The translations under genes and the position numbers were made by a program. Below are positions 30,673-64,000 of a DNA stretch of 64,000 nucleotides, one piece after another. The notes under the pieces are model-generated. The model was not told the origin of the DNA. It saw only the letters and a program-made list of their open reading frames with translations, and did not search any database. The number at the start of each line of letters is the position of its first letter. The stretch's first letter is position 1. The stretch comes from the human T2T-CHM13v2.0 reference genome, Homo sapiens, in the NCBI RefSeq assembly GCF_009914755.1, contig NC_060946.1, one strand, 5' to 3'.

Positions 30673-33159
30673 TCAAAAAAAAAAAAAAAAAGCTGAACAT
30701 AGATTTATGACCTTTCCTTCTTCTTTGATCTCTACTTTTACCTTCTATCTCCTTCTTGTTCCCAAATGGTATTATTAATTTACAGAGAAAAAAACACTAA
30801 CAAGACTTAAGGCTTTAACACTCAACTAATTACTTAAGATCAACTTCTTGCTTTTTATATACCTTTCACAACAGACAAGCTCAAGAGGAATACAAATATG
30901 ACCACTAGCCAAAGCTAATATTTAAGAAATCAGAAGCTACTTTTCCTAGAAGAATCTTAACACTAAGATGGCCTTAATTTTCCCTATTTCGATCTTGTAA
31001 AGTACAGGTCTTTGTTTGGCATACAAACTGTATAGCATTTTCTCAGTTTCTTTACTCCTTGTAAAATACTGTACTGAATTTAGTTCCCTTTTCCCACTCT
31101 AACCCACTTGTAACTTCATCTTATATAAAGTTCCACTTTATCATTGATAGGCAAGTAGGTGTATTATTCTACAGGGCCTCAATTTCCTGCAATTCAAAGC
31201 CATTAGAACTCTGGCTTAACCAGCTAGACATTCCTCTAAATACATACGTAACAAAAATTGATGGCAGGAGATTTTATTGGGATCACTGGATACCTACACT
31301 CAACAGGCAGAACTTGGCTAATTCCATTTATACCACTACTGAGACAGTGAAGACAAATTAAGAATCAGAACAGGAAGAGCACATAGCATAGGGATACCCG
31401 TGTCAGCGACATATTTAATATGCCCCTCAGCTTAAGACTCAATACTGAACAGACCAAAAGGCCACCTCAATTGCCGCTCCCGCCACACTTGCAAATGAAG
31501 CAGCTAAATAAGGTACTTTTCAAGAGGTAGAAAGTCTTTGGATTATCACTCTTGCAAATTATAAAAGACTTCATTGTTATTGCCACATTGCAATGCTACC
31601 CAAACCTTAGTGACTTAGGAAAAAATAAAACTTGAAAGTAAGATTCCTGTTAAGGCTTTAAACTGATGATTATCATTCATGTATTTTTTTTTCCTCTCTC
31701 CTTACTTCCCTGGCTATTTATTCAAGACATTCTATTCTACACTAAACATTTAATTTGAAACATGTGGTTCTTGGAAAATATGCCGTCTTCCATGTTTATA
31801 ATTAATGCTGACATAATTAATGACCTCAAAATTCAAGAAAGCCTTTTACTTTTGAGCATATCCATGCCATCTTTAAATACGCACACTGTACTCTCTGGTA
31901 TACTATGCTGCTCAAATGTTTTTATCCGGTCAGTAATTAGTTTAATTTGGCTTTGCAAAAAAATTCACCTTTGAAGTCATATATTAACATTAAAAACCAT
32001 ACTACTTCAAATGTACAATGCCTATCATTTTTGCATCACACATGTGAAATACATGAACTGACCTCACCTATTCCTTTTTCAAAATAACCACCACTTCAAC
32101 TGTGTAACACTCAGTTAAAACAACAGCAATTCAAATAATCAAGAACATTTCTTGGGAAAGGGAGAGTTGGGGCACAGATCTTATGAAAGAAGGCTAGTTC
32201 GTTTGAAATTTTTAAAAAATGTCATCTGATACTCAAAGTATGGATCAGTAATTCACTTTTTTCCTTTCAAATAACTTATTAAAGCATATATATGGTGAAA
32301 GGAAATATTAAACCAAACACCAATGGTAAAGAAATAGAACACTATTAGTAACTTGTAGCCCCTCTATGTGCCTATTTCAAGCTTACAACTTTCACCCTAA
32401 TAACCACTACCTTGAATTTTGTTAACCACTCCCTTTCCTATCATATTTGCACATATCCTTAATTAAATGTGTCACCCTACCACAACGTGCTTTTTAACTC
32501 AACACTTCTGTGACTTATCCACATTAATCCAAGTTCTTTTCTCTTTTTCACGGCTGATTCAATTGTACGAATACCCACAATTTATGGAGACATTTGCGTT
32601 GTTTCCAATATCCTGTTAGCACGAATGCTGGTATATAAACTTTTCTGTACAAGGATCCTGGGGTACCTGTGCAAGGATTTCTCTAGGCATTACAGTCTAG
32701 GGTATAAAGCTTAGGGAGGAATTGCTGGGTCGTTTTCAACTTTCCTAGATAATCTCAAGTTCTTTTTCTAAGTCAATGAACTGAAATTCACTTCTAAACT
32801 TAGCAATACTGTCACACGCGAAGCAAACATTCCACCTCTCATCCTCTAAACAATGAGATAAAATATTTTCCTTCCTAATAAGGTATAAATCAAAATAATT
32901 TTGTAAAAAGTGGCAACTGAAGTGCTTGAGACTAGTAAATCCAGCAGTTGTGGATCTGAACCACAAAAGACAAAAACGTTTGGAGAAAATATCGTTAACA
33001 GAGCGCCTACTACAGTGAGACTATTACATCCATTATCTCTTAATTCCTGACAACACAGCAAAGTAAAGGCAATTATCACGTTCCTCAGAGGAAACAGGCT
33101 CACAAAAGGTAGGATCTTGACCAAGGTCACACACACACATATCAAGTGGCGTCACGTAA

Positions 33160-33486
<327 letters not shown>

Positions 33487-34209
33487 TAGCGAGGCAGAAT
33501 AGTTGACGCTGCAGTCCAATTAGAGAAAAAAGGCTGAAATATTAAGATTAAAACTAAAGTAACGACCCAAAAACCCATCCTTCCCCCAAACACGGTCATT
33601 TAGATGGCAAGCAACTCCACTGCTTTACATCCCAATGCATTTCCTCCGACTTAAAATATAACTGAAGAGAATTAAAATCTATTTCTAAAAATGAGAAGTT
33701 GGTCTTTTCGTCTCCCGTGCCTTAAACAGTGAACTCTGGGGAGAGAACGTCAAGGGTGCCATTTCGTGTAAGGCTTTCCTGGGCTGAAGTGTTCTCTCAG
33801 GAAGATCCGCGTTTTTCAGATGAACGCCGAGGCCTGGAGACATCGAACAGCCCGCCCGAAGCGGCCCGGCTCGAGAGCCGGGAAACCAGGCGAGGCGCCA
33901 AAGCCCGGGCCTGGGCTGATGCGGCCAGGCCGCCCCTCCCGATCCCCCGCGGGGCTGGGATGGGGCCGGGCCGCGCCACGACGGCCGTCCGCACGGAGAG
34001 GCCCAGCGTCGCCAAGCGGCCGCCCTCCTCGGGTCCCGAGTGACCCCGGGGCCGAGGTCCGCGCACGAAACCGCTGTCTCGCCTCGAGTCGCCTCCCCTC
34101 GCCTCCCGGGTCGAGAGCAAGGCTCCCAGGCTCGCAGTCCGCCGGGCCTCCCCAAGAAGCAACTCCCCCACCCCCACGCCAGGCCTCTCCTCTCCTCCCC
34201 CACCCTTAC

Positions 34210-34259
34210 CCTCCACGGTCACGATCCCGGTCCCGGTCCCCAAAGCCTCCTCCGCGCAT
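34210..34259 (-). CDS. DDX17: DDX17 exon 1 coding part from the p72 AUG
   Basis: ATG CGC GGA GGA ... GGA GG|gtaagg; all 13 exons sum to 1953 nt = 650 aa + stop. Confidence 0.96.
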
Positions 34260-34496
34260 GGTCCCAAAAGGATAGAGATCTGGGAGCGGGGCACGGATGG
34301 CCGGGCTCGGGAGGGCCTGCGGCTCCGGTCTGGTGACGACCGATGGCGGCGGCGCCTCCGCTGTTGGGGCGGCGGCAGGCGCAGCGCTCTCTCGCTCCGA
34401 CGCGCTGTCTCCCGTCGCAGACGCCACCGTCGCCGCCTCTCTCGTCGGAGACGGGAGCAAAACACAGAGAATCGGGGCTACAAAGCCGGTGGGCAG
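34260..34496 (-). CDS. DDX17: DDX17 p82 N-terminal extension (79 codons) from a non-AUG CUG start
   Basis: gccaaac CTG CCC ACC GGC ... in frame with the p72 AUG; in-frame TAG 3 codons upstream; no AUG in the leader; gives 729 aa. Confidence 0.9.
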
Positions 34497-35033
34497 GTTT
34501 GGCTACGCTCAAACCGGGCAGTGCCGCGGTTTAGGCGTCTCCTTCCTTCCCAGCGACTGCACAAAATGGCGGCCGCCGCTGAGTCGGCTCCAACTTAACG
34601 CTGCGTACGGCGGAGACGATACGTAAACAGCGCCTCGGAATAGCCCGAGGGCTCCGCGGGGAACTACGGGTATTCTTGGAAGCACTTTACGTCAGTTGCG
34701 ACGATGGGTGTATTTTGCGGTCTGTACAAGAAAAACAAAGTACGGAGCGAGCGTAGAGTTCTCGCGCCACCCGAACTAGAACGTGGGATGAGGTGGGAGG
34801 AAGCGCCTCTGGTGCGACGTAACATTCTTTGCGTCGTTAGCCGGCCTGCTGTTGCTAAGATGCGCAGTATGCGTAACGCATTCTGTTTAGAGAATAGAGG
34901 ATTTTGCCTGATTCCGATCTCGGTACAGACCCCGCGGCCGGCTTGAAGAAGTTGCTTTGCAGAGACAATAACCGTCCTCCATATTGTTATCAAGTTTCAG
35001 AGTCCTCTGGCGCCAGAGGCCGGGAGGGTCTTA

Positions 35034-35774
<741 letters not shown>

Positions 35775-35849
35775 CTAAGGACAAGTGTTTAACCAGGCTA
35801 GTCCACGTTCTCCGCTCAATTCCTTCCAGACTGGCTTCCCTCTCCTTAC

Positions 35850-35875
35850 CTGCTTCCTGTCGTCTCAAACTGCAT
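35850..35875 (-). CDS. DDX17: Candidate alternative first coding exon of DDX17 (MQFETTGS-R)
   Basis: aaa ATG CAG TTT GAG ACG ACA GGA AGC AG|gtaagg; phase 2 matches exon 2; YY1-like motif 35898-35906; CpG-rich. Confidence 0.65.
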
Positions 35876-36159
35876 TTTGAAGCCCCGCAAGCTTGGCCAA
35901 ATGGCGTCACACGACTGTTGAGCTGTTAGGGCCCTCGAGACGGGCCCATCTAACGTCTCAATTCAACAGATGGGTAGAAGCGGGGAGATTTGGCCCCTCA
36001 GTGTGGGTGCTGAGTGTTTGTTTCCCAAATTTTTGGGAACATAGCATAAGAAAAGGAGCTTCAAAAAGAAAAAAACATGGACCACTGATTTTTCTGTGGT
36101 TATGTGTTCTTTTTCCCCAAGTACGTTCTTAACATTGGCAAGTGAACCTCTTAAAGTGA

Positions 36160-36366
<207 letters not shown>

Positions 36367-37241
36367 TGAACTCCTGACCTCGTGATCCACCCGTGTCGAC
36401 CTGCCAAAGTGCTGGGATTACAGGCGTGAGCCACCGCACCGGCCTGGGTCATGTTCTTTTATTTACACTGTTAACCTGCCCCAATCCTCATCATCTCTTG
36501 CCTGGATGACTGCGCTCGCCTCTTTTTAATCTGCCTGCTCCTGTCCTTGCTCACTCTGAATTTATTCTTCACACTGCAGTCATAGGGGTCCTTTTATTAT
36601 GTCACTTTACTTAAAATTTTCCAGAGGTTTCCACTTGAAAGAAAAGACAAAGGCCTTACAGTGGCCTACAAGCCCTTGAGGATGCAGCCCTCTTCTGTCT
36701 TTCCTCCTTGTTCTACTCTAGCCACACTCGGCCTCAGGGCCTTTGCACTCGCTCTTTACTCTATGTCAGCAAGGCTAGATACCTCAGTTTAGGTCTGTGC
36801 TCACATGTCACTCAATCAGGGAGGCCTCCCCAGAACCCAATGCAACACTGCATAACCTGCATACTCTCCTCCTTCACAAGTACACATGCATTCTCTCTTT
36901 TCCATTTTTCTTTGCTTTCATTTGAATTAGTAACTGCTTGACATAAACACTTTTTGTCTCCCTCCTAGAGCGTAAAATCTGTGAGTGCAGGAACTTACTT
37001 GTTCACCACCGTGACCCAGTGCCTACCTGGCACAGTGCCTGACCTTTTAGCCATTCGACCACGCCATACCCTTGTCCAGTGAGTCTGTGACTGTCCCTTT
37101 GTGTTTCTGGGCCAACTGACATCTCAACGGCTTTTGTTTTTTGAGACAGAGTCTCGCTCTGTCGCCCAGGCTGGAGTGCAGTTGGCTCACTGCAACCTCC
37201 GCCTCTTGGTTTCAAGCGATTCTCCTGCCTCAGCTTCCTGA

Positions 37242-37632
<391 letters not shown>

Positions 37633-37714
37633 TCTTCTGGGTCTTTGATAGTCTTCACTGATGCTTTCTGCTCACGCTCAGATAATCTGCATTTTCACAT
37701 AAGATAAAATAATC

Positions 37715-38080
<366 letters not shown>

Positions 38081-38516
38081 TGACGCTAATTTTTATATTT
38101 TTTAGTAGAGACTGGCTTTTGCCATTATTAGCCAGGCTGGTTTTGAACTCCTGACCTCAAGTGATCCACCCACCTTGGCCTCCCAAAGTGCTAGGATTAC
38201 ATGGCCACCGCATCTGGCCTTCATTATATATTACGGTGTAATAATAATATAAATAGGCCGGGCCTAATAGAAATAGTCTGGCTAACATGATGAAACCCCG
38301 TCTCTCCTAAAAATACAAAAAAATTAGCTGGGCGTGATGGCGCATGCCTGTAGCTACTCAGGAGGCTGAGGCAGGAGAATCGCTTGAATTGGGGAGGTGG
38401 AGGTTGTAGTCTTAAAAATGGTATTTACAGGCTGGGCACAGTGGCTGACGCCTGTAATCTCAGCACTTTGCGGGGCTGAGGTGGGCAGATCACTTGAGGT
38501 CAGGAACTCGAGATCA

Positions 38517-38711
<195 letters not shown>

Positions 38712-38739
38712 CTAAAAAGACAGAAAAAAGAGAAGTTTC

Positions 38740-42400
<3,661 letters not shown>

Positions 42401-42404
42401 GCAT

Positions 42405-44181
<1,777 letters not shown>

Positions 44182-44849
44182 GTATGTTTCTGTGGCTTGC
44201 AACCAAAAGAGTCCTAACCAATAAACCCTCTTTTTTGAGTGCTCCTCTCCCCTATATAGGCCAGAAATAGACCAGACCTATGTCTACACTCAAATGGAGA
44301 GTGGAGGACTGGAAAGCCATGGTCCTTTGCTCACAGGAAACAAATTGAACCCCGGCCTAGAAAAGCTCAGTGGGCACTGGTGATTTTCCTGCTGGCCCAG
44401 ATACCTGCATAATCTGCAGTTCTGTCCCAAAGTTGGGCCCCAAGTTACAGCTTTTTAGTTCACATTCTAACACTCAGCCACTGTTCTCCAAAGCAGGACA
44501 TGTAAGAGTGGCTGGACCCAGAGAGATTTCCAGCCTTAGCCAGATGCCATATTGAAACCAGCTTCTCCACTGAACTTTAGGCCTTTGTTTTGGGCCCTGT
44601 TTTCCAACCCAAATGCCCACTTCTTGGTAAATTGTCCTTCGTCAGGGGTACTCTGCTTAACCCAGAAAAATTCTCTGAATTTCAAGTCTTGAGAGTTTTA
44701 TTTCTGTCCCTACTAAAAGACTCTGGGCTGCTATGCAAATTGGTCCACCCCCTCTCCAGGGCTCCTCATACCAGGGAATCTCTAGGAGATGCTCAGTTTT
44801 TATCAAGGATGTTGTCAAAGCTATTTAAATTGTACATTTATAGGATAGT

Positions 44850-45915
<1,066 letters not shown>

Positions 45916-46202
45916 AATCAAGTAACAAAGCCTTCCTTTCCCTAGGACAAAAGTGTGCCTTTATATTTGCATACGAAAATAAGCCATTTAAGTGATTTTG
46001 CAGAATGCAGAAAATCTGCTCCTAGATGACTTTATTTCTGCTTATTCAGGGAAGCAGCTTCTGTGGTTTTCAAAAGGTAAAAGGAAGAAAAAAAGCTCCT
46101 ATTTCCCAGTATCCTGCATTGTGAACAATTTCTACTTGCCGAGTTAGTCTCTGTTTTCTTTCCATATCCCAGCTCCTATACCTTTGCAGTCTCTCAGCTT
46201 AA

Positions 46203-46574
<372 letters not shown>

Positions 46575-46775
46575 TGAATTAATTATATAATCATTTGCTC
46601 TCTTGTTTTCCTAAATATTAGTCTTTTCTCTTAACTAGTGTACACATGCTTTATGTGTAGGAACCACATTTTCCTTGTTTATTCTTTAGCGCTTAGCATT
46701 AATAATAATTAGTGAGTGAATAATTTCATGAATAATCAAATACCTTTTGTAACAAATGGTACTTCGAATACTTGA

Positions 46776-46970
<195 letters not shown>

Positions 46971-47223
46971 TAGAGACGGGGTTTTGCCATATTGCCCAGG
47001 CTGGTCTTCAAACTCCTGGGCTCAAGCAATTCACTCGCCTTGGCCTCCCAAAGAGCTGGGATTATAGGTGTGAGCCACCACGCCCAGCCCTGGAATTTTC
47101 ATGTAAGTTGATGTAACATTAAAGTCTATAAAGATTGAAGTCTATAAAGCTCTTCATTGTATATTGTCATTAGTATATTAATTTTTACATATTTTCACCA
47201 TACATGCATTTTGAAAACAGGAT

Positions 47224-47229
47224 TTTATT
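47224..47229 (-). terminator. DMC1: DMC1 poly(A) signal
   Basis: tttatt on +, about 1.05 kb downstream of the stop codon. Confidence 0.75.
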
Positions 47230-47307
47230 TGTTTAACAATCAAAATAATATCTTTTACACATTTCTAAGATTAGTATTCAGAAATTTTACATTTAAATTA
47301 ATTTTAA

Positions 47308-47619
<312 letters not shown>

Positions 47620-48276
47620 TAAATACATTTTTTAAAAGTAATTTCTGCTTGTCAAAGTCAAATGATTTAAAATTTGGCTTAATTTAATGTCTGTTTTCTG
47701 TTGCTATAAAGGTGAATATGCAGTTTGATATTATAAATAGAAAGAGCTTTTGTGTGTGTGTCCTATAAACATTCCTCCCTTAAATCCTCTTGTGGAAAAA
47801 CATCTAGCTATGTAAGTCAGTGGCACTATACCCTAGAAAAATGGTGAAGGGAAAGTCCTTAGGAGAATGGGACATTTCTGAACTCTTAGACTTTCTGTTT
47901 AGTGGCTCACTTTGAAAAGTGAAAGGGAGGGAATCACGTACTCCTTTCCCAACAACTAGTTTTCCATAGGTATATATACATACACAGAGTGAGAGAATTT
48001 CAATAGGTATATATATCTACTATATATGTCAGGTATACACACACAAACACACACACACACAAACATACATATACATATCCCTGAATTTACATACAATGTA
48101 TAGTTATCATAAATCAGGGACTTTTAAGATAAATATAAGATTTAAATCTCTTTGCTGACTTTTCTTTAGTAACATGTGGGAAAAAACCTCTATTTCAAGA
48201 TGTGAAATTGGAGACTGCTTTTCCATTTCTTCAGCTCCTAATAAGCACTAAGAAGCAATTTGCATCAATTCACCAC

Positions 48277-48346
48277 CTACTCCTTGGCATCCCCAATTCC
48301 TCCAGCAGTTATTGCGAAGGTGGCTTCATTTTCAGGCATCTCAGGA
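48277..48346 (-). CDS. DMC1: DMC1 meiotic recombinase, last coding exon
   Basis: ttag|T CCT GAG ATG CCT GAA AAT GAA GCC ... AAG GAG TAG = (S)PEMPENEATFAITAGGIGDAKE*. Confidence 0.96.
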
Positions 48347-49791
48347 CTAACAGAATACAAGGGAACAGAAGTTTATAAAAAGCTCTATTTCTATAAATAC
48401 TATATTCATGTCACAGGCATTATGTGCCCATCAGTCTGAATCTCCAGAGACATCTCAGAGTTGGTACAACCAAATGTGGCCTACAGAACTTACCCACAAG
48501 TATTATTAACCCTCACAAACATTTATTGAGCAACTTCTATATATAAAGTTCTGAATGTCAAGAAAAATTACTCCAAACTTGGAAACAGGTGAAAGGATAA
48601 CTGGATGTTCTTTCATTTATTTATTTTAATTTTTTTTTTTTGGCGAAGTCTTGCTCTTGTCCCCCAGGCAATGGTGAGATCTCGTCTCACTGCAACCTCT
48701 GCCTCCTGGGTTCAAGCCATTCTCCTGCCTCAGCCTCCTGAGTAGCTGGGATTACAGGTGCCTGCCACCACGCCCGGCTAATTTTTGTATTTTTAGTAGA
48801 GACGGGGTTTCACCATGTTGGCCAGGCTGGTCTTGAACTCCTGACCTCAGGTGATCCGCCTGCCTCGGCCTCCCAAAGTACTGGGATTACAGGCGTGAGC
48901 CACTGCGCCTGGCCAACTGGATGTTCTTTTAGTATAGTGTCAGGCATTGTATAGCAGCCCCTTAGAGGTTTATCTGATTCTATAGGGGTATGCACCTTTC
49001 TTATGACTAGACTAATGTAGGAGCAAACTGTAAAATACTTTGAAATAAATTAAAAGATTACTGAGTACCTTCCATGGAAACATAGGTTGTCTAGCACATC
49101 CTCCCAGGTTATCCAATTCTTTTTTGTTTTTTGTTTTTGTTTTTTTTTTTTGAGACGGAGTCTCACTCTGTCGCCCGGGCTGGAGTGCAGTGGCGCGATC
49201 TCGGCTAGTCTCAAACTTCTGGCCTCAGGTGATCCGCCCACCTCGGCCTCCCAAAAGTGCTAGGATTACAGGTGTGAGCCACTGTGCCGGGCCAAAATCT
49301 GTAATTCTTAATTAAACACGTAAAGTGCTGAGAAAGAATATAGGGTATAATATACTGAGTAGCCTAGACTGTAAGGGTTAGGGAAAGGTTCCCTGAGAAA
49401 GTGATGTTTAAACTGAAACCTGAAAAACAAATAGAGTTAACCTGGCAAAAAGAAAGGAGGATATGTTCCCATACTTGATACTTACCTTGTATTTAACACA
49501 ATTTAATTGGAATTGATGATTTCATTATCTAGGTGTATGCTTTGAAAGGTCAGGGACCAAGTCTATGTGTCAATAGAATCCCTCAATCCCTAGTACCTAG
49601 TAACAGTAGGGACTTCCCAATAAATTGAATAATTTTTTAGAAAGAAATTCAAACACACAGCATCTGGCAGTAATAATTACAGCCTTGTGGTGGCTCACAC
49701 CTATAGTCCCAGCACTTTGGGAGCCCAAGGTGGGAGGATTGCTTGAGCCTAGGAGTTTGAGACCAGCTCGGGCAACATGGCAAAACCCCGT

Positions 49792-49796
<5 letters not shown>

Positions 49797-49846
<50 letters not shown>
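49797..49846. repeat. (CA)25 microsatellite forming the tail of an Alu left monomer (49685-49796)
   Basis: Direct count of 50 nt. Confidence 0.95.
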
Positions 49847-49850
<4 letters not shown>

Positions 49851-49864
49851 AAAAAAAAATTTAC

Positions 49865-49981
49865 CTGTCATAAATCTTGGCAATTCTGAGCTCTCCTCTT
49901 CCCTTTCGCAAGCTTATTCTTGTTGTTGAAGCATGAGCCAGAATGTGTCCCCCAATGGGTTTTTTGGGATCTGCCTGAAAG
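49865..49981 (-). CDS. DMC1: DMC1 penultimate coding exon (117 nt)
   Basis: ttcag|C TTT CAG GCA GAT ... GAC AG|gtaaa; [39 protein letters not shown] (RecA/Rad51 L2 region). Confidence 0.96.

Positions 49982-64000
<14,019 letters not shown>

Overview
Alu-dense human (or very close primate) genomic DNA, recognisable from the proteins as the KDELR3-DDX17-DMC1 locus (chr22q13.1, from memory). KDELR3 exons 2-5 lie on + (exon 1 is upstream of the window). The complete 13-exon DDX17 gene lies on -: the exons sum to 650 aa from the p72 AUG and 729 aa from an upstream in-frame CUG (p82), with a CpG-island promoter at about 33.8-35.2 kb. The last two coding exons and 3'UTR of DMC1 lie on - at 47.2-50.0 kb; the remainder of the window is DMC1 intron. 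KDELR3 and DDX17 end tail-to-tail at a 39-bp bidirectional poly(A) module. The most interesting unexplained structure is the 3.9-kb DDX17 intron 11, which has no recognisable repeats. It holds long stems whose G-U wobbles pair only on the DDX17 strand, a duplicated 15-mer, a loop-exposed AAUAAA, several PTC/decoy exons, and a perfect TACTAAC distal branch point ahead of an atypical acceptor. Together these suggest a helicase-sensing autoregulatory module (inference). Other highlights: inverted MIRs bracketing exons 2-8 (927 nt, circDDX17), an in-frame alternative first exon (MQFETTGSR), a MER41B LTR with two intact GAS sites upstream of DDX17, a run of hairpins in the KDELR3 3'UTR, a perfect 124-bp tandem duplication, and a (UG)25 tract next to a DMC1 donor. 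Almost all ORF-track entries are Alu artefacts. Repeat family names and boundaries were assigned by eye.
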